A stretch of DNA of 60,985 bases, counting the filler, from Sphacelaria rigidula (Eukaryota), in the NCBI GenBank assembly GCA_964200075.2. It is 5 parts of 5 records of this genome, joined end to end, with 100 filler letters (N's around TTAATTAATTAA, not from the genome) between each part and the next. Parts side by side here need not be neighbours in the genome. Positions count along the whole stretch, not along the records: positions 48,871 to 60,985 come from CAXNAA020004109.1; 4 more parts are not named here. One strand, given 5' to 3'. Positions 49,196 through 60,985 of the stretch are shown piece after piece. A model generated the notes under the pieces. The model made no database searches, had not been told where the DNA came from, and was given only the letters and a program-made list of their open reading frames with translations. The position numbers were made by a program, and so were the translations under genes. The number at the start of each line of letters is the position of its first letter. Position 1 is the stretch's first letter.

Positions 49196-50698
49196 TGTCC
49201 GGCTTAAAGCGTACTGATGATCTTGAATATGGAGGACAGCCTACAATGCAATGAGTTGCTTCCTTTTCTGATATTCCCAAACTATTCGAGGGGAGAGGAC
49301 ATGGACGGGGCCGACGCCCGCCTCCCTCAGCTACGGCAACGGGCTATGAGGGTAATGTTCCATCTTGGACTAACCACCAACGTCCATGTAGCGCCCATCT
49401 ACCGCGCCTACATAAGATTATTGTCCGAGAATTCCCGGGACCGTCAGCGTAAAACTGTTACTTGCAGCACGAATGGATAGGCGATCTCCAGACCATTTTT
49501 CCACGAAACGGTCTAGCTCGTCTGACAAGCACGGAGCGTTTAGGAATAATATTGACGCTTCACAACGTTTGCACACCATAGTGCACACGTATGTAATCAA
49601 AATACAGCGGTGTAACGTGAAGCCTTGGCATGAAGAGACTACTCGGAAACGGGTACAGCACCGTCCAGGGCACGCAGTACAGAGGTCGTGCATTTTTTTT
49701 CGTCGAGGTAGCCATGTGTACACATATAGAGCACATACGTGACGAAAAATAAAAAAATGTCTCGCGCCCCTCCTGCCGACGGTGCATACGCGCATAGGCC
49801 ACAGAATTTCCTTCAAAGTTACGTTTCAGAGAATGACCAAAAAAGTACACAGACCTGCGATGGGGAGGCGATTGCCTTGGGAACGGAGGCTATACTTTAG
49901 CAGACACACACCACGACAATATCTTGACGCCACAAACAGCCCTTGAGCGCACAATCATGACACGACATATCCAACACGTAATACAATCGCCGGAGAGCGA
50001 TAGCTGCCCACCTATTGATGTACATCGGGGAGGCGCCAGAAGAACATAACCAGGCAAAAGCGACGGGAATCCCGTGTAGCGATGGGATGATAAAGACAAG
50101 AGCTGTTGTGTACTCCCCAAATAAGATGTGTTTCTGCCCCAGGATGCAGTCACACATCAGCATTTTGATAGGTAAGGCTTTCCACAGATGCAGCGTTACG
50201 CGTGTCCTGTTCGCGTACAGCACCCATGTTCATGTTTCTAAGTCGCTTCAAAGATGCGCATCGATGAAAGCGGGAAAATGGGCACTACGGCTACGAAACG
50301 ACCAAAAATATGGGGGTAATCATCCAACCGCAGGAGAAGGCCTCCAGCGAAGGAGCTGCAGCCTCGACCCCCGCGAGCAAGGAGGAGTCACCGAGTAACA
50401 GCGGTTTCATCGCAGGCATGGCTGCGCTTGGAAGATAGATGGGGGACTCCTACATTGTGTCGAAGAGGCAGTCTACCAGCCGTGCGGCAGTCGCTTGGCG
50501 ATCGTAATCGACAGTCACTTCGCTCGTGGGCCTCCTATTCGATACAGTCCGAACGCAGGAGGCTTGCCGACAGTAAAATCGTGGTTAGTCGGTGACGCCT
50601 TGTTGTTCGCGCGGGTTAGGGCTTCCCCTGCACTTGAATGGCAACCCTTATTTCGTAGCTCCGTAGTCATAACGTTCATTCACCGACCTTCAACAACA

Positions 50699-50981
50699 TT
50701 TTCGTTAGATAGAGAGTAGAGTGCTGATTGAGAGTCGTTTCGATCATTTGCTTTGACTTGGCCATTTTTATCCCGTGTGTGCTTTTCGTTGCCTCCATCA
50801 CCTGCGTGTGCTTACAGCTACACGTCGATATCCTACTCGGGGATATCAAGGACCTCAGTGGCCAGCTACTACAGGAAGGATATTGGGCCTCGTGGAGGGG
50901 CATTTCGGAACTGAAACGATTATTTCACTGATTGAGCGCTTTTCACCCTCAATCGTATCCTCTACTCTCAATCTCACGAAA
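50699..50981. mobile_element. MITE family A, copy 3
   Basis: ~35-bp imperfect TIRs TTTCGTTAGATAGAGAGTAGAG...GATTGAG / CTCAATC...CTCTACTCTCAATCTCACGAAA. Confidence 0.8.
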
Positions 50982-51645
50982 TCACTTGTCTTCGTCTCTG
51001 TACATGGTTTCGACGTGTCCGTATTCGGTTCTGGGACGCTCCGAGAATGGTCATGTTGCGATTTTCACGTTTTCGCGCTGCAGTTCACATATGGCCATGT
51101 GTGATTTCTTTAGGCACAGCCGACCAATGTTTATTTCCATTCAAGCACTGGCCGGGGTCGATCACTTGGATGATAATGTCACGTCAAAGGCCCACAATCG
51201 GGCCAATATGTGCCGTTTCGACATCAAAATGTGCCAACTACGCAGAATTTTTCCGAGCAGGGTTTGATATGTTCCGTTTTGAGGAATTCTGGCTGCGGTT
51301 CCGGGCATGTGTCCCCTGTCGAGTAGCTTTACACAAGTCATCACCCAAAACTACGGGTGTCTTTTGGCCGTTTGACGGCATTCACGCGACACTATTGCCG
51401 GGTTCAACGATGGGCACGTAAAACTTGTAGTTTGTGTCGTTCGGAGGAACGACCATGTGAGAACTTCCGTCGACCCTCAAGAGCCCTACTCTTTTTTCGT
51501 CCTGCATTCTTTTTCAGGCGAAATTTAATCGAAAACAGTACTCAACAAGAGTCGAAAAAGACAGCGATGAACACACACGCACACACACATGACACAGCCG
51601 AACGAAACGCGAGAGAAAACGACAAAACACACATAGCGTACGTAC

Positions 51646-54165
51646 CTCCTTGAACGCCGACCGCATCTCGTCGTTGCGCAAGATCCACCCCATGGTCTCC
51701 GTCCCATTTTCCTTGCAAAAAAACGGTGAATCCAGCAGCTTGCAGCAACCCTGCTCCACCCCGCCCTCACCTTCACCATCACTTCCTCCCTTCTCGCAAC
51801 GACTCCCCAGACCCGCAACGACGTGCGGCGCCTCCCCCCATCTGTCCGCCCTACTCGATGACTCTTGAGGGGTCAACCTCGCCGTGGACGTTGTTTCTCC
51901 CCCGAACGACACGCCTCCGAAGGTATCATAAGACCTGGCAATGAAATCCTCCTCCGTCGGATAGCTGTCCAGCTCCTCTTCCCACACGTGGCCATCTACG
52001 TACCTCTTGCCTAAGGAGCGCGGGCCGGGTTCGGCGTCGGAGTCGGGGGCATCGTCGCACGGGAGGCTGCTCGGGGCTCGAGAGCTCTGGATGTCGTCAT
52101 CAGCTCCCGCCTGGCTGGCGGCGGCCGCGAGGTGTCGCAGACGCAAAATCTTCGAGCTTGTGCCTGAGGGACTGTCAGCACTTGGAATAGCCTCAGCCGG
52201 GGCACCAACATCAGTGGTGGCGGACGCGGCGGCGAAACGATCGCCCCTCGACCGCGTCGTCGACTTGACAGGTGCGCCAGGAGCACTTGTACCCGGCTCA
52301 CTTGAGTGTCTGCCATTGCGGAGGCCTCCAAACCTCATCCGAGATATGATGCCGGAGGCGCTGCTGCTGCTGCGGACTCTCGATATCCTCTTGCCTTGCG
52401 TGCCGACGGCCGCCTCTTTAGACGACTTCGAGCTTTCACTCTCCCGCTCCCGTCTGATGCTGCCGCCCCTGCCGCCCCCAACTGCTCCTCCTGTCGATGA
52501 AGATGCGTTCGAAGGTGCTGGCGATCCGCGCATTGCAGTAGCGAAGTGCGCGAAAGAATTGCTCCAAATTCGTCGGTGACTCGTCTCCTCGTGACGGGGT
52601 TCACATGTATCCTCCGTGTCCGTCTTTTTGGCAGCCACGGCCTCGCCATCGCCGAAGCGAGTGTATCCTTTTCCCCTCTGCCTTCGCCCTTTCGCGTCGA
52701 CCCTCGCCACTGTCGTGGCCGCTGCCGCTTGTGATGGACTATTTCGGTCGAGCAAGTTCAAGTCATCGTCTTCGGCTGCCGGCCGTAACCGGGCGGACGT
52801 GAAGTATCGCTCTAGATGTAACGTATCATCCGCCGATCTATCGCGGGCGCTCTCGAGACAAAACGGATTTTCGGTCATGTAGCCTTCCTGCCGTGTCCGC
52901 TCGTACATCAGCAACGCGTCGTCATCCTCCTTAACCTCACCTTCAGCACCACCACCACTGACATCACCTCGAGTGTCACCTTCGTGCTGTCGACCCCCGG
53001 CATCGGCCTCGGCACTCCGCGCATCGAGAGAATGCCCCCACGGTTGTTTCGCCGTACGAACAGTATCAGCACCGTCAAGCGAAGCGTCTTCGTCCACCTG
53101 TAGCGACAATCCAGAAGCTCCTCGCCCGGACGGCTCAACCGGAACAGGGTCCGACTTCTGCGCCTCGGCCGCTATCACTCGAGCCACGGAATCAGATGCA
53201 TCCCCTGTTGGTGATACTACCACCGAATGCGTCCGCAACACGTCTTCCGTAGGAAACTCCGGTACGTCTTCAGTGGGAAACGCCGAGGCTGATCCGGACT
53301 CTGCAGGGAGCCCTGGATCGGCCCCGGAACCCACCGAATTTTCCCACGTTGATGACAACAACGACCCAATCGACATCGCCGCCTGTGCTGCCGCCACTGC
53401 TCTACCCCTCCCACGGTCGTCCTCCCCCCGGCCACCTCCAATGGTCTCATGGCTATGGCATGTATAATCATGAGTACACCCCTGGTCACCTGCACCATCA
53501 CGGTCCCTCCATGCCCATGCCCACAGCACGGAGGGCCCGGGGATGCCTGTCCCTGCAGGAGGGGCTGGTCCCGGTGCCGACATACCCTTCGCCAGCGGCG
53601 GCCTTCCCGAGGGAAGCTTGGCTCCCGGCGCCGCGGGGGGTCGAGGAGCAGGGGCTGGCGACGGTTTGGATTCGGCCGAGAAGTTGGAAGACAGCGATCG
53701 CGTGCGGATACGCGTCTCCTCCGCCGCACCCCTTGCCCCCGCCGGTGTCTTGTCAACGATCATGGTGGAAGGTGGTGGCAACGGTGGCGGCGGCGGCGGT
53801 GATGGTGATGTCGATGTGATTTCGGGAATCATCCAAGAGCGGGCACGCTCGGCGCTGTTGTGATTTGCCTGCGCGACCGTCCCTTCCTCGATCTGCCTCG
53901 CCCGTCGCCTCCCACCCCCCGGTTGCTGTACTGTTAGTGGGGGAACTTCCGCCGGTGGCGGGAGGTCGTCGTTATCTCCGGCCGGAGAGTTAGTCGTGGT
54001 TCCGGGGGAGCGGGGGTGCGAGGGGAGGCTAGAGGTGGCGGCGGTGACCGGGGGATCTGCTGCCATGTCCACTAGAGCCGCCTTTCTGGTAAATGTTGCA
54101 GCATCGCCTCCGTGGAATCGAGGTGGGGGTGGGGGCTTGGAAAAGAAGGAATTTCGGAGTCGCAT
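51646..54165 (-). CDS. Large first coding exon (840 codons) of a Pro/Ser/Gly-rich, probably disordered protein; later exons not found
   Basis: ATG at 54165, GC-rich open frame, phase-0 donor GAG|GTACGT at 51646/51645, followed by T/GT-rich intron-like sequence. Confidence 0.75.
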
Positions 54166-54203
54166 TGACGCCGTTGCGTGCGTTCTGTTCGTTTCAGGTT
54201 GGG

Positions 54204-54208
<5 letters not shown>

Positions 54209-54243
<35 letters not shown>
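54209..54243. repeat. (TG)n microsatellite 44 nt upstream of the ATG at 54165
   Basis: Direct read. Confidence 0.95.
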
Positions 54244-54251
<8 letters not shown>

Positions 54252-55143
54252 CAGAACGAACAAGCCACGGTGTGACGGGACGCGTGTACAGGAGGGAGAA
54301 CCGTCGTTGAAACGCATTGCAACGGAGAGGAAGACAGAAACAGGAAAAGACAGAGGGAAGATGAACGACGAGGAGAAGGCGACAAGCCGCATACGCAAAC
54401 GCAAAGACAGCGGGGACGGAGCACAGTACGTGGGGAAAGAGTGGCGGACAGAAGGGAGGGGAGGGGGGGGATCAAAATGAGGAACGGGAGTAGGACGCAC
54501 AAAGTTCAGCCGTCACAGGCTGCGTGAAAAACACCGTCACCTGGCGAGGACACAGAAAAAGGAGCGAGGAATGGAATACCCATCGGTCTGTAAAACGCCT
54601 GACCGATCTCACCATTGTGCGGCGATCCGTGCAAAACGCGAGAGACACAACGTACGTGATTAGGTGATTCAATGGACGGTTGCGCTCAGATGACTTGGTG
54701 TCATCTCAACGATATGACAGGCTCTCCATTTGAACAACATCTACATATACATTTGGTCCGGAAACACCTAGCCATTTTTTTGGTGAGTTGCAATCTCATG
54801 GTACAATCACGCGCCGGTCACTCGAAATATCCGTGGATAACATATTCATTTCGTTGTAGATTCAGATGCATTCTTACGCTAAAATGAAGAAAAAAAATGT
54901 TTGTGCTTGGCCGCGTACGAAAAAAGTCACTGCATAAGGTTAATAGTAATCGCTATTTTTACAACAACCTTGGTCGTGAAGTTCTCCCCCGCTGGTCAAC
55001 CACTACCCAAATTGGCACATTAGCTGGGTATGAGACGGGCAGCATGTGCACCAATCTGCGGTCGTCAGCGCGGAGTGATGCTACGGTAGGGTTGCACTTT
55101 TTGACCGAAAATGTTTCTTGGGGTGCTGCACGGATCATTTCGG

Positions 55144-55188
55144 GAATCGGCATCATTTTCACTTGATAAGTGAAAATGATGCCGATTC
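55144..55188. repeat. Perfect inverted repeat, 21-bp arms with a 3-nt loop
   Basis: GAATCGGCATCATTTTCACTT-GAT-AAGTGAAAATGATGCCGATTC. Confidence 0.95.
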
Positions 55189-57014
55189 ACGAAAAGGCCC
55201 CTGTGTGCATCTCAATGCCCAGTCCCCGGAGATTCGGGTTGCAGAGAAAGCCCCAAATATTTGGGCTCCTACAAAAACGAGACCCAGAAACAAAAAGTGG
55301 AACCCCTATCGTAGCACTGCTCCGCGCAAGAAAGAACACAACGGTTACATATTTATGAAAATGTGGGCGATACGCCCTCCACACGATTTCCCCACGGTAC
55401 AAACTCTATGCTCTGACCCTCAATGCATATCTGGAAACACCGATGCACTAACTCCAACATAATGAGCAGCTGGGCTACTGCTGTGGCGCTGGCAAACAAA
55501 CATCCTCCTGTACTGGGACACCTCCTGGATGATCATAACGTGTATAAAACTGAGGTACACATCGTCGGTAGAGGTGCTCAGTTGGGGAGGTACGACCGTA
55601 CGTGCGCTGTGGCCGCTGTAATGCGCTGGAACTTCGGCCACATGTCATGTGGAGCACAGCCAACGAACCGATATCGCTTCATCTCCGCTTGCGTGTTGCA
55701 GCAGCATGCAAGGGGGCAGAAACAGGTAAATTTCTGCTGCAAAAGAATTGTCTCGTTTATTATCGGCGGAAGACTGGATATTTGTGTAGTTTGTAGGAGT
55801 CGTACCTGTGATGACCGACTGGTTGTTCTCGCATCCTGTATAATGGAATGGTCCGTGAAAAAAATTGATGAACAGATTTGGCACCTGGGCTTGGAGGAGT
55901 GAGCTGACGCGGGGATCAATATCGTCGACTTCTTCGCGGCACAGTAATGGCGCTGCTGTACCCGCGATCGATACCCTTGTTAGTTTTTTCATCAGCCTTT
56001 AGTCGGACCACTAATTTGATTTTCAAACCCCTTCGTACACTTCAGCAATAGGGCACATGCACAGCAGGGGCCGTAGAGAAAAAATCGAGGGTACTCGCGA
56101 CTGTGTTCAGCTCAGAGGCGAAAGCAATGGGGTTTTGTACTCTGAGGCAAACATGTATCCTGCTCGCGATCTACACCCTTCATTTCCGCTGGTAGCGGAT
56201 GACATCCTGAAATGACTGAATTTCCTGGAAATGTCTATGGCCATTACTACCGACACTTGTTATTTCGGAGATTCCATTTTTTTTTCTCGAATGCTTGCGA
56301 GTGCCACATATCACCGAGCAGTTCTCCGAAGTGCTGCGTCGCTGTCCGAATTATTGGGACTTCTCCAAAGACGAAGCTTCGGGGGAAAAATGAAGGCGGT
56401 TTGTTTTCGGGCAAGACTAAACCCGGAGTCCGTATGGTTCCAAAAAAATTCGAGAATATCCGAAAAGGCGGTGTCGAAAATAATGAGAAGAGTTTACCGG
56501 CGTTGGGCTATAAATGTCCATGGTTGATATCACTTGATTTGAGTGTGTACAGCGAGAATCGGATATTCGGTAGGGCTGACAGTCTCGTGTGCTCCTCGCG
56601 TGCGCAGAACGCGTTTCCGTTGAAATCGGCGCCACAGGCGCCGATTTGAGGCCTACCAAGACCGCCCTTTGCCTGGGAAATATATGCACCGCCCTTGCCC
56701 CGTATGCGTTGGGTTGCGGTTAGAATCTGTGGTAGCGATACTTGTAACTTGTGTCAACCATGAACATGTGTAGCCTAGCGCTGGTGAACTAGCTTGAAAC
56801 ATAACGAGCCTCCTTGCTGAAGCATCCTGAATCTTGATGTCAAATCGGGCGTTTCTGGTAGTGCGGTGAGGAATAGCAAAGCACCGTCGGTTTCTCGCTC
56901 ATATTCCGCCATAAAATGCATGTGCGCGTGTTTGATCAACCCCTCTGCAAAAGCCTTTGGACGAAAACTGGCACGGTCGCTAGCTCTACCCCCCGTCGTG
57001 CAAATGGGCGGAAC

Positions 57015-57215
57015 AATCTTCGCAGGATGCAGCTCACCCTTCATGCGACTCGCCGAACATACCACGGCGCTTCGCGCACGATTTTTTACAGTGCAGGNNN
57101 NNNNNNNCGGCGAAAACCCGGCGTGCTCCGTCCCGGGATTGTAGGGATGCGAGGTCAAAGGTCTCTCATGACTATGGAGTGCATGATCATGAGTACACCC
57201 GTTGTTGTGCAAATT
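57015..57215 (+). repeat. Dispersed repeat family B, copy 3 (contains a 10-N gap at 57098-57107)
   Basis: Colinear with 37490-37642. Confidence 0.8.
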
Positions 57216-57241
57216 CCAACCGGCCGTTCACCCATGCTCGA

Positions 57242-57340
57242 CCCTTAGACGGCGACAGTAGGTCATCCGTTGAATCGGCATCAATTTCACTCGAAAAAAA
57301 TATGCATGATCCAGGTAAGACTACCCTCGCGGTCTAGGGG
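57242..57340. mobile_element. piggyBac-like MITE, copy 2 (opposite orientation to 10256-10352)
   Basis: CCCTTAGACGGCG...CGCGGTCTAGGGG; internal TTGAATCGGCATCAATTTCA...TATGCATGATCCAG is shared with copy 1; flanks are TCGA and TTGA. Confidence 0.75.
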
Positions 57341-58172
57341 TTGACACAATGTTTCGCAGCTGTCCCCCACGTGTCATGTCGTCATGTCACCGCCTGCTTT
57401 TTGAACGCAGCCGTGCCTACTCATCCCATTCGTAGTGTCACGCAAATCGCCGCTGGCACGCACGTTCCACATTGTATGTAAAGTAGTGCCTGAGCCGCAA
57501 ACGTCATCATCCCGCTATGCCCATCGCTCATCATGGGTGGTTGACCTGTGACCACGGAAGATGCCCGCATCAGATGCTTAGCAGAGTACTGCGCAGATAT
57601 CGGAAAATGCCCGTATCAGAGGTTTCCCGATGCGACAACAACATGCTCGATCCTCTTCTAGCAGTACGTTTGTTCCTAGTTGGGTTCATCTTCGTTCGGC
57701 GACAAATAGTAATGGTTGACACATACTTTGCGATCGTCCAAGCATAAGATTTATAACCCTCACCAGAATCCCAACCCAGGGCTGTCCGGGATTCTCGGGC
57801 AAGGCCTGGGGCAATGGAGGTTCAGCCAGCGTCCTGGGCGCCGACTACAGCCAAGAAGAGTGCCGCGCACTCTGGGCGGGTGCTTGGGGCAACCAGCCAG
57901 CTCTGCGAGGATCCAGATAAAATGGACTGAACCAAAAGAAGTAATTTATAAGAATACGCCGAGAGGGGGTAAGCTTCGCTCTTGGAATTGGACGATATAT
58001 GCCTCCTCCTTTACCCCCCAATGAACTGCCGTTGTTCGAAGCTCACAATGATGATCAAAGGGACGCGATCAGTCCCCTCACGCACGAATCAACTGCCGGT
58101 GAGACCCCCTCGAAAACGGCTCGACATGAGGACTGACTGGACGTGTGCATAAATTCGGAATTGTTCTTGGAA

Positions 58173-58328
58173 CAAGGCCTCCACCACGTCTTTTGATGAC
58201 GGAGTAACAGTTAGAGGGAAACTCGCGAATATGGAGACCATGTCAAATCTCAAGGCCTTCACCACATCTTTTAATAACGGAGCAACAGTTGGAGGGGAAC
58301 TCGCGACTATAGACACCATGTCGAATCT
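58173..58328. repeat. 78-bp tandem duplication
   Basis: CAAGGCCT.CACCAC.TCTTTT.AT.ACGGAG.AACAGTT...ACCATGTC.AATCT at 58173 and 58251. Confidence 0.9.
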
Positions 58329-59899
58329 AGCGTGGAGTTTGTGTCCCCGCACAACTGACAAAGTCTTTCTGACTCATCTGGCATAGCAAGGTCATATTTC
58401 TACAACTACCCGATGACGTCGGGTTCATGTGTGCATCAAACTGCAAGAAAAGAGGAGGACCCGCGTCAGCTTCCATCTCGATGACCGGAAAAATTGCATG
58501 GCCTTCCTTGGCAACAAAGAACGAAGAAAGATGGACTCCGGCACAACACAACAACGGCAACAACAACAACAACAACAAAACCCGAGGAAGAGGCGGTATG
58601 TACCGACATAAAGAGGCGATTTTTAGAATCCTAACGGCTTTATACGGAGCAAGCAGTGTGAACCACCTTCATAAATACATGGTTGAAGTTACATTGTACT
58701 TTGACGGGGGAGGGTCGATACATATCCAGATCTTCACGGGGCTGGCGGATAGTTCCGCAAGCTCGCCCCTGGTGTACGTAGCATGCGTGCGTGGTCAAAT
58801 CGGCGCCGAAGGCCGGTGTCGATCAGAGTATTGCAAACCCAGACGACTGTACCAAAACCCCCCTGCTACCCACTTGCCCGAGTACTCGCAATATGCCTTG
58901 GATTGGGACTAGGGACAAGGTTTGGTTTAGGTGTAGTACTCCGGGGTATCCTAGGTTTACAGGCTATTTCCAGAACAGAACAAGTCCAGGGCACTCCAGG
59001 GTACTACTCGGGTTTCGACGCGAGAAAAACACCGGGGTTTTAGGCGGTGCATTAGCCTTTTGGGGACGGTACTCCCAGAAACATGGTGTTTGCACGTAAG
59101 GGCCTTTTGGTGAATCGGCATCATTTTTACCTGGAAACGACAGACGATGATACCGAGCCCCCCCACCTTCGTGCAAACACTATGCTTCTCGGAGTCCGGT
59201 CCCAAAAGGGTGAGCGAAACCAGGTAAGTGATGCTCATTTCGTGATGGTGATCGTAAAATGACGATTCACAACTTCAATTTCACGAGAAATCACGCGCCG
59301 TTCTACAATCGAAGGTGGGAAACATGTGATACAAATGACGGCAACCACTACTGCTAATGATGGGAAGCCAACCACTGTACGCCTCATGAGGAGCAGAACA
59401 GCCCATGCCTTGCGACCATGTGACGTTCCCCTTCACATTCTCCCGAGAATGTTCATTCGCTCTAACGAAAATGATCTTTTGGCAATTAATTTTCGTATTA
59501 TTTTTCGTGAGAGTGATTTTGGGGGAAATGACAATCCGGCATCAAGTCACCGATCGGAACGACCTGAATAAAAATCCCAACCGCCACCATCACGATCACG
59601 ATCACGATCACGTCGCGTTCCCTCATTTTTTGACTCGATAACATGGGCCCTTTATCAGCATCTGGGAATTTCGACGGGAGAAAAATACCGGGGAGAATGC
59701 CATGTAGGGGTCCCAGAATAGTGCGGTGGATTGCCAAGCCCAGCAGTACGAGCTGGGCCAGCCGTAAAACTTACAGACGCACAGCGCACAAGAACATATC
59801 AAGTTTCCGAAATCAGCTCGTATGGAGGATATCATTGTGAACTGCAAACCAACCTGGTGACGCATGGCGCCGCCGCTGGTTGATTTGGCGCAGTTTTGG

Positions 59900-60985
59900 C
59901 GATGACGTTATCGTACTCCATTCTGTGCCGAGTGCGTCTCATTTCGTGGCGTGAGAGCGTGTTCTCAGTTTTTTTTGGGAAACGCGGCGAGATCTCATTA
60001 CATGCGGCGGAATTATGCTCGACAACGTTACACGCACGGTCAAAAGTGCACTACTACGAATACGGCGAGATGGCATCAAGCTCAACAGCTCCATCATGGG
60101 AGAGGACATCCGATTCGATTGTGAAATACAACGAGCACAGGCACAAGTATCCAGCTGGGACTGGCCTGTAGTTTCCTCGATCATCTCCCCGATGGTAATC
60201 GTTGTACCTTACAGATTAGAATAAAAATAAAATCTGCCAGATCACGGGGTAAAAAAGGCCGCGTCGGGATCCGAACTGGTGACCCGTGTAATTCGAGGCT
60301 CGTCTGTCAGTCGGGTCACCGGGGCCCAGCGGTGTGACACAAAATGCGAAAGCTGGGCCCAATTTTAGGAGTTTTTGGCCAAAAATACACCAGGATCTCT
60401 TGCGCGCAAGGACGTACAATATTTTTTGGGATGCCGCCGTTTTCTTTCTTTCACGAAGTTGTGACACTTTCCAGCTTTTGCTCGAATTTGAAATCGCTTA
60501 AACTTTCATTTTTTTTTTTCGCCAGGCATATCGAGAAATGTCACGCGGGTTGATCAAAATATCGTGCCAAAAGTTTAGCGCCAAATTCTCCAACTTAAGC
60601 ACCGCGTCACCCGATTACCGACAAAAAAATGCGATCAGCTGGCCCAGCTTGTGTTAGGATTCCATACATTCCCGCACTTAGGTTGGTGACCCTTTTGGGA
60701 CCGGGCCTCCAGAACGACCAAGAGGCTGGTCATGAATGACGTGTCTGGCGTCTAAACGAAACAGTGGCGTGTTGCTGAAAATCCGCGCATGTAACTGCAG
60801 GGTTATGACGAAGGCCGAAAGTTTCATCTAGTCTATTTTCAGGTGCAGGGTGCGCATTATAATAGGTGGTGTACATCTGATGTAGCAAGCAGTATGTGTC
60901 GCGGTAGAGAGCTTCCAACAGGATGCGGCGACCGGCGGGCCGCCCGCCACTTGTGGCTTTGGATGATACGTTTGTCATCATCACC
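59900..60985 (-). mobile_element. Possible decayed piggyBac transposase 3' part
   Basis: Minus-strand 'SHKWR...ILLEALYRDTYCLL' (compare the KW...LLD...NAY.LY end of the catalytic domain), then the Cys motifs 'CARC' and frameshifted 'VHF*..RACNV' resembling the C-terminal Cys-rich domain. Confidence 0.35.

Noticed and set aside
51514-51645. Cys/Val-rich hydrophobic C-terminus of the 883-aa ORF
   Set aside because: It lies downstream of the GAG|GTACGT donor and translates GT-rich intron sequence.

Overview
Eukaryotic, intron-rich, transposon-littered DNA of about 50% GC. Splice-site usage, long TE-filled introns and a flagellar gene point to a brown alga or other stramenopile (inference). The window is not one locus. 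It is five separate contigs (12118, 12118, 12118, 12116 and 12115 bp, apparently length-sorted) joined by artificial 100-nt N/TTAATTAATTAA/N linkers, so nothing can be inferred across linkers. I rebuilt spliced genes by hand. Contig 1: the 3' end of an acidic tandem-repeat protein and one large exon of an unknown gene. Contig 2: an isolated cytochrome P450 exon among nested TEs. Contig 3: an 11-exon CCDC96/CFAP184 gene whose N-terminus has MABP-like repeats. Contig 4: the first five exons of an RHD3/Sey1-family GTPase with an unexpected signal-peptide-like N-terminus. Contig 5: a 2.5-kb low-complexity first exon containing an in-frame fragment of a dispersed repeat. The rest is SINEs, MITEs, piggyBac-like elements and decayed retroelements. 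The best novelty candidates are the signal-peptide Sey1/RHD3 and the MABP-like/CCDC96 fusion. All calls are by eye and no database searches were run.
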